A stretch of 14,650 bases of DNA, taken from the UHGV virus genome UHGV-0042153; one strand, 5' to 3'. This document shows, piece by piece, positions 10,337-14,650 of the stretch (the first letter of the stretch is position 1; each line of letters starts with the position of its first letter). Both the position numbers and the translations under genes were made by a program. The notes below the pieces were generated by a model that made no database searches, had not been told where the DNA came from, and worked only from the letters and a program-made list of their open reading frames with translations. The DNA comes from a virus.

Positions 10337-10402
10337 CGGTTTTCTCCGGTGGCACGGTGTTACTCAGCGGGAGTTCAGCCCCGCGCAAGATTGTAGATGA
10401 GT

Positions 10403-10654
10403 TTATTCTTCTGCAAAAGCTGAAAAGCCTGCTTTTATTCCGATCTCTTTCAGTGCCTGTAATGAAGTGACAAACTCACCTTCGCGCAAGATAAATCCGT
10501 CCGTGACTCGAGCATCCACAAAATTAATTAACGCAGCCCCATTCTTTCGCAAACACAGAATGCGGTAATGACTAACAATGTTTCCATTTTCAACGCACAC
10601 AGCATAGAGGCCATCTTCACAAAAAATTTTACGCAGTTCTTCGATGTTCATCAT
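10403..10654 (-). CDS. rem: Rem-like small protein (83 aa)
   Basis: ATG with GGAAGG RBS; length and position match rem in Qin; function unknown. Confidence 0.65.
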   Translation of the reverse strand: MMNIEELRKIFCEDGLYAVCVENGNIVSHYRILCLRKNGAALINFVDARVTDGFILREGEFVTSLQALKEIGIKAGFSAFAEE

Positions 10655-10770
10655 CAGAATCCTTCCGGATAATTAACTCTCCCCTTTAAGGGACCATCCC
10701 TCTTATCCCTGCGCGCTACTTAAGTATTTTTGATTCTATTCCGGCACCGTCCAGAACTTCAAACGCGTTG

Positions 10771-10802
10771 AAAATAAAAACAAAAACCCGCCGAAGCGGG
10801 TT
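10771..10802 (-). terminator. Intrinsic terminator (minus-oriented) immediately left of gap 2
   Basis: AACCCGC-CGAA-GCGGGTT hairpin followed by a U-run on the minus strand. Confidence 0.5.
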
Positions 10803-10812
10803 AAGTGCGGGT

Positions 10813-10822
10813 NNNNNNNNNN
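10813..10822. other. Assembly or masking gap (10 N)
   Basis: Run of n characters. Confidence 0.95.
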
Positions 10823-10999
10823 TTTGAAATACAGGTTAGTCAGATATGTCAGGAAGCCCAGAACCAGACTCCCCAGTACACCAATCGCAGCCCACTGTGA
10901 CGGACTGACCTGATCAAGCCACTGTAAAAACCAGTAGCCAGCACTGCCTGCGGAGGTGCCGTAGGCAATGCCCGTTGAAATTTTATCCATGGATTTCAT
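10823..10999 (-). CDS. Second S21-like pinholin, truncated at its 3' end by gap 2
   Basis: [59 protein letters not shown] then N run; GGAGGTGAGG RBS; the track ORF's N-terminal extension (GTG 11098) is not credible. Confidence 0.7.
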
Positions 11000-11136
11000 A
11001 GCCTCACCTCCGCAGCGAACGGATGGCGTAGTTATAAGGGGAGCGAAAAAGAAAGAATGCGCGATTGCGCAATATGGTAACGTCAGGGTATTATCCACTG
11101 GCTGAATAGATCACTTCACGTTTTTTGTTCCTTGCC

Positions 11137-11164
11137 GCCCGTATCCATATGCGGGCTTTTTTTT
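11137..11164 (+). terminator. Intrinsic terminator (plus-oriented)
   Basis: 8-bp stem GCCCGTAT/ATATGCGGGC with 4-nt loop followed by eight T. Confidence 0.45.
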
Positions 11165-11170
11165 GCATGT

Positions 11171-11200
11171 AAAAAGGCCCCAACACATGTGCGTGGGGCC
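11171..11200 (-). terminator. Intrinsic terminator (minus-oriented) between the tRNAs and the holin
   Basis: GGCCCCA/TGGGGCC stem followed by a U-run on the minus strand. Confidence 0.45.
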
Positions 11201-11440
11201 TGAGAGTATACATGGTTTCAGTCAACTGCATGGTGCCGGGTGCCTCCCGGTGAATTCAGTACCAGCACCTGAATCCGCGATTATCCCATATACCTACTCG
11301 CTGATTGCCCCTCCGCACAGGGGGATTCACCATGCCAGTTTCTTTTAACAAACTCCCCGCAAAACAGACAACTGTCAACCGTCTGAATTGTGAGACATTT
11401 AAAAAAAAGGCCCGCAAAAGCGAGCCGGGAAAAATAAGTC

Positions 11441-11517
11441 TGGCGCGTTGTACTGGATTCGAACCAGTGACCGATTGCTTAGAAGGCAATTGCTCTGTCC
11501 GGTTGAGCTAACAACGC
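11441..11517 (-). tRNA. tRNA-Arg, anticodon TCT
   Basis: Manual fold: 7-bp acceptor stem GCGTTGT/ACAACGC, D-arm GCTC...GAGC, anticodon loop CTTCTAA, T-loop GGTTCGAATCC, encoded CCA. Confidence 0.85.
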
Positions 11518-11530
11518 AGGGTACAGATAA

Positions 11531-11607
11531 TGGACCGCCATCGAGGACTCGACCCCCGCGCAACCAGCTTCGAAGGCTGGTGCTCTATCCTGATGAGCTA
11601 ATGGCGG
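11531..11607 (-). tRNA. tRNA-Arg, anticodon TCG
   Basis: Manual fold: acceptor CCGCCAT/ATGGCGG, perfect anticodon stem CCAGC/GCTGG with loop CTTCGAA, encoded CCA. 5' end could be offset by 1 nt. Confidence 0.75.
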
Positions 11608-11614
11608 TATGTGA

Positions 11615-11690
11615 TGGTGGCCCTTGCTGGATTTGAACCAGCGACCTGGCGATTATGAGTCGCTCGCTCTCACCTCTGAGCTAAAGGGCC
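11615..11690 (-). tRNA. tRNA with anticodon CAT, ileX-like (tRNA-Ile2 type)
   Basis: Acceptor GGCCCTT/AAGGGCC; anticodon loop CTCATAA; closely resembles E. coli ileX as I recall it. Ile versus Met cannot be settled from the fold alone. Confidence 0.8.
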
Positions 11691-11810
11691 GGGCGCAGGA
11701 TAATAACGTTACGAAATCAATGTTGCAAGCATTCAAAAATCACCTGGTTAAAAATCACCCTTAGCTCCTCCACCAGCGCATTCACCATGTCTATCCGAGA
11801 TAAGTGGCAC

Positions 11811-11848
11811 AAAAAAACCCGCTTGTGGGCGGGTTTTGTTTGCTTTTG
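11811..11848. terminator. Intrinsic terminator usable in both orientations (candidate tR' for the second Q module)
   Basis: AACCCGC-TTGTG-GCGGGTT hairpin flanked by an A-run and a T-run. Confidence 0.5.
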
Positions 11849-11888
11849 CCATCACGTACAAAATCGGCAAAATATCAGATTTGCATGA

Positions 11889-11917
11889 AATATATGCCTT
11901 TCAATCTACTTTTGCAA
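11889..11917 (-). promoter_or_regulatory. Candidate late promoter (PR'-like) overlapping the 3' end of the second Q-like gene
   Basis: Minus-strand TTGCAA, 17-bp spacer, TATATT; predicted start about 65 nt upstream of the terminator at 11811-11835. Confidence 0.35.
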
Positions 11918-12590
11918 CACTTTGCTTTGAAAATGCCGCCTTTTGTTTTGAACGTGTTCTCATTACAAACAATAAAGCCTCACTATCCAGTCGTTGAAAA
12001 ATGTGTTTCATTGCAACCCAGTGACGAGTAAATGTTTTGGACCAGTTTTTAGTTGTCACTCCCGCCAGTAATGCCAGCTCCTGGTATTCATAACCTTCCC
12101 CACCAAAAAGTTCTGCTTTTACTGCCTGCGCCGCCAGCCAGATTAATTTTTTCAGGCGTTCCTGCGTTTTCCCTGCAATTTTTCTGGTACCGGATTGAGT
12201 ATTAAATTCATTCCACGCCCACTGTGTTATCGCGATCTGATATTCCCAACAAATACTCTCGCCGTAACACCACAACAACCAGGCTTTATGATGCTCTTCA
12301 AGAGACAGCAAAGCCCGCCGCCATGATGATGTCGAAAACTCAACCGGGCTGACCAGGGCAATTGATGAGCCATTCGCCAGTGATTGTTTTCCCGGGATTG
12401 GTGGATTATCCCGCGTTATCATTTTTCCAGTCACTTCATCGCGGTACCGGATTTTTTTTCGCCTGTAACGCCCTGTATCGAACATGGCATTCTCCTGCCA
12501 GGCTTCAAGCTGACCTTTTGTTGCCCCACTCAAATCAGCGGTGGCGATAATGAGCTGCTCACGCACAAACTGTAAATACTGGTTATTCAT
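11901..12590 (-). CDS. Putative second late antiterminator (Q-like by position); family not recognised
   Basis: 229 aa from ATG 12590 (GGAG upstream, ATGA overlap with rusA stop); sits between RusA and a promoter/terminator/tRNA/holin arrangement. No similarity to lambda Q visible by eye. Confidence 0.5.
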   Translation of the reverse strand: MNNQYLQFVREQLIIATADLSGATKGQLEAWQENAMFDTGRYRRKKIRYRDEVTGKMITRDNPPIPGKQSLANGSSIALVSPVEFSTSSWRRALLSLEEHHKAWLLWCYGESICWEYQIAITQWAWNEFNTQSGTRKIAGKTQERLKKLIWLAAQAVKAELFGGEGYEYQELALLAGVTTKNWSKTFTRHWVAMKHIFQRLDSEALLFVMRTRSKQKAAFSKQSVAKVD

Positions 12591-12946
12591 GCGCACTCCA
12601 GTTCTGTGATTTTTATCCCCAGCCGCCCACCAGGAACGAGCTGACCGCGCACAATATTGATTTCATCAAACTGCTCGTCGTCTATGAGAAGTCCGGCATG
12701 CGTCAGCGCATCCAGTGGTGCTTTCAGGATATTGTCCAGGTCACGACGGCGCTTATCCGGTGGCTCTGCAATAATTTTTATTGCCAGCCGTCCGGACAGG
12801 CTTAATTTCAGCCGCTGCTGGCGAACAATAAGCGCCACAGCCCGGCGATAACGCTTTCCCTCCTCCGAGATAAAATATGTGCTGCCACGGCGTCGCCAGT
12901 AAGTGTTCACCGTCGGCGGGTAAGGTAAAACCAAATCTATGAGCAT
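12587..12946 (-). CDS. rusA: RusA-family Holliday junction resolvase
   Basis: 119 aa; PDKRRRDLDN and LDDEQ acidic motifs typical of RusA; AGAGGTGA RBS. Confidence 0.85.
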   Translation of the reverse strand: MLIDLVLPYPPTVNTYWRRRGSTYFISEEGKRYRRAVALIVRQQRLKLSLSGRLAIKIIAEPPDKRRRDLDNILKAPLDALTHAGLLIDDEQFDEINIVRGQLVPGGRLGIKITELECA

Positions 12947-12958
12947 CAGTCACCTCTT

Positions 12959-14080
12959 TTACCCGAGCACGCCAGTTGCAAAGGCGTGATCAAGAAAACG
13001 AAAAATTAAATCAACCTGAGAACCATGCTTTTCTTCGAACGCCAGAGGATCCGCATGAAGCTCGTTGTGATGCTCCCGACACAGCGGTAGCGTGAAAATA
13101 TCGTGAGATTTTGTCCCCATTCCGCCCTGACCATGACCAATCAGGTGATGGGGATCGTCGGCTGGCTTACCACAACACGCACACGGCTGTGTCTTCACCC
13201 AGCGTGTGTATTTCTCGTTAACCCAGCGGCGACGTTTAGGTCGTTTCATGAAAGATTCCGGAGACTCAGGATCAACGGCAATGCTGACCACCGTCTTTTC
13301 CTGTGGTGGGTTCTGTTGCTGGTGGGCGTGAGGCAGCGGCGCAAGATTTTTTGTGCGCTGTTTCAGTATGCTGGTGGCGGTCTGCTCTCCCGGTACGATG
13401 TCGCTTTCACGGTACATTGAGCGGATTTTTTCCGCACGCAACCCCAGCGAACGACGTAATACCGCTTCCGGTAGCGCGTCCGCCACCTGATTGCGGACCG
13501 CCCACCAGGATAATTCAGCCAGAGATAATTCACGCTCCTGCGTACCGCTTATTGCGTGACCGATGACGTCAATCATCCATGCTGACAGGTTTTGATGAGC
13601 AAGTTGCTCGAGTGATTCGGATGTCTGGTCACGCAACTGGTTGTCGCAGTGCCAGCACAACACCATTGCGCCGGTACCATAACGGTGAATGACGGTTTCA
13701 CTGTGGTGATAATCACCGTGTGGCCACTGGCAGGATTTAATATGGCGCAACAGCCAGTCAGACAGTGCACCAGCGCCGCCAGCAGCACGAATCACACGCT
13801 CATTGCTGAAAAATGGCAGTAATGATTTATCCTCCGCCAGCGGCTGGCGAACGGCAGGAACGACCCCGGACGGCAGATTACGCATGCTTTTCGGTTCAGG
13901 CTCCACCAGCACTCGAGGGTTATGAAATACTTGCATGGATTCACAGCCCGGCCTAAGGACCACAAGCCCGAGTTCCGGTACCAGAACAGGTCGAAGTAAT
14001 ATCCGCACGTTACCTCCAGATCCGTTGCTGGTATGTGCGGGATGGGCGCGGTGGGCGTTCGGAATAAGGGAGCCTGACAT
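12959..14080 (-). CDS. DUF968-type protein, second copy (paralog of 9007..10095)
   Basis: 373 aa; same HNH-like motif (QPCACCGKPADDPHHLIGHG...CREHHNELH); most positions identical to copy 1 with scattered substitutions. Confidence 0.8.
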   Translation of the reverse strand: MSGSLIPNAHRAHPAHTSNGSGGNVRILLRPVLVPELGLVVLRPGCESMQVFHNPRVLVEPEPKSMRNLPSGVVPAVRQPLAEDKSLLPFFSNERVIRAAGGAGALSDWLLRHIKSCQWPHGDYHHSETVIHRYGTGAMVLCWHCDNQLRDQTSESLEQLAHQNLSAWMIDVIGHAISGTQERELSLAELSWWAVRNQVADALPEAVLRRSLGLRAEKIRSMYRESDIVPGEQTATSILKQRTKNLAPLPHAHQQQNPPQEKTVVSIAVDPESPESFMKRPKRRRWVNEKYTRWVKTQPCACCGKPADDPHHLIGHGQGGMGTKSHDIFTLPLCREHHNELHADPLAFEEKHGSQVDLIFRFLDHAFATGVLG

Positions 14081-14282
14081 AGATTATCCAGTGACGATAA
14101 TCGAGGCTGAGGGCTTTCTTAATCTCGTATCCGCGTCTGCGGTAGTTATGAATTAGCCATTCGGCCTGTTCTTCAGTACATGGTGGGTGTTGGTACCAGT
14201 CGGTTTTAAATGCGTGTGAACGCCGCTCATGCCGGATGGCAAGGTCGGTATCAGAATTGTGAAATTTGGTTTTGTGCGCCAT
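14010..14282 (-). CDS. Conserved small phage protein, second copy (paralog of 10058..10336)
   Basis: 90 aa; shared C-terminal half HPPCTEEQAEW...YRRRGYE[VI]KKALSLDYRHWII.VRLPYSERPPR. Confidence 0.55.
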   Translation of the reverse strand: MAHKTKFHNSDTDLAIRHERRSHAFKTDWYQHPPCTEEQAEWLIHNYRRRGYEIKKALSLDYRHWIIYVRLPYSERPPRPSRTYQQRIWR

Positions 14283-14354
14283 CTGTTTTCTCTGCTGGCG
14301 CAGCAGGTGTCAGGTGTTCAGGCTGACGTGCGAATTGTAAACCAGAATGCCAGG

Positions 14355-14381
14355 AAAAAACAAAACCCGCCGAAGCGGGTT
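14355..14381 (-). terminator. Intrinsic terminator (minus-oriented) downstream of hok, immediately left of gap 3
   Basis: Same AACCCGC-CGAA-GCGGGTT hairpin as at 10785-10802, followed by a U-run on the minus strand. Confidence 0.5.
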
Positions 14382-14391
14382 AAGTGCGGGT

Positions 14392-14401
14392 NNNNNNNNN
14401 N
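14392..14401. other. Assembly or masking gap (10 N)
   Basis: Run of n characters. Confidence 0.95.
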
Positions 14402-14437
14402 GATGCACTCACTGGCGGTCACTGAACAACGGGTCTC

Positions 14438-14593
14438 TTACTCCTCATGTTCGTAAGCTGTGAAGACAGCGGCCTCCGTCTGGCCGGTTCGGATTCGTAC
14501 CCCCCAGAGGTCTTTCCTCGTTACCAGTGCCGTCACAATGACGGTTAAACAGATGACGATCAGGGCGATTAACATCGCCTTTTGCTGCTTCAT
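14438..14593 (-). CDS. Hok/Gef-family type I toxin (51 aa), HokD/RelF-like
   Basis: Internal ATG of track ORF 14438..14650 with GGAG RBS: MKQQKAMLIALIVICLTVIVTALVTRKDL...; single transmembrane helix; an overlapping upstream frame (mok-like) starts at the window edge. Confidence 0.8.
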   Translation of the reverse strand: MKQQKAMLIALIVICLTVIVTALVTRKDLWGVRIRTGQTEAAVFTAYEHEE

Positions 14594-14650
14594 AGCCTGC
14601 TTCTCCTTGCCTTTCGGCACGTAAGAGGCTAACCTACATGTGTCTAGCAT

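Noticed and set aside
6123-11098. Long N-terminal extensions of track ORFs for both holins (6123..6413, 10736..11098) and quuQ (8241..9023)
   Set aside because: Internal ATGs with good RBS reproduce the expected protein N-termini (MKSMDK..., MNLEALPKYY...); the extensions start at GTG or lack an RBS.
10999-11440. Shiga-toxin or other cargo genes between the tRNAs and the holin
   Set aside because: No ORF of credible length or RBS in the interval; only terminator hairpins are present.
11163-11636. Track ORFs 11163..11348, 11256..11489, 11305..11511 and 11448..11636
   Set aside because: They overlap the three tRNA genes and terminator hairpins, mostly start with TTG, and have no RBS; they are translations of structured RNA sequence.
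13103-13788. Track ORFs 13103..13420, 13303..13566 and 13573..13788
   Set aside because: Antisense or out-of-frame shadows of DUF968 copy 2, mirroring the rejected ORFs in copy 1.

Overview
This window is the late-regulatory, lysis and packaging end of one or more lambdoid prophages of an E. coli-type host, with almost every gene on the minus strand. The left part (1-10812) matches, gene for gene, the order I recall for the E. coli K-12 Qin prophage: terminase large subunit (partial), nohA-like small terminase with a lambda-like cos site, ynfO/ydfO/gnsB/ynfN-like morons, cspI, Rz/Rz1, SAR endolysin, ydfR-like, pinholin essQ, cspB and cspF, lambda-type Q (quuQ), ydfU-like DUF968 and rem. The right part (10823-14650) looks like a second, Stx-phage-like late-control module: truncated pinholin, three tRNAs (Arg-TCT, Arg-TCG, Ile-CAT), a second Q-like gene, RusA, a second DUF968 copy and hok. 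Three 10-N runs show the window is a scaffold, so adjacency across them is unproven. I found no CRISPR array, rRNA, integrase or IS element, and I do not see a clearly novel system; the items below are the points worth a second look. Gene symbols are assigned from protein motifs and synteny recalled from memory, not from a database search.
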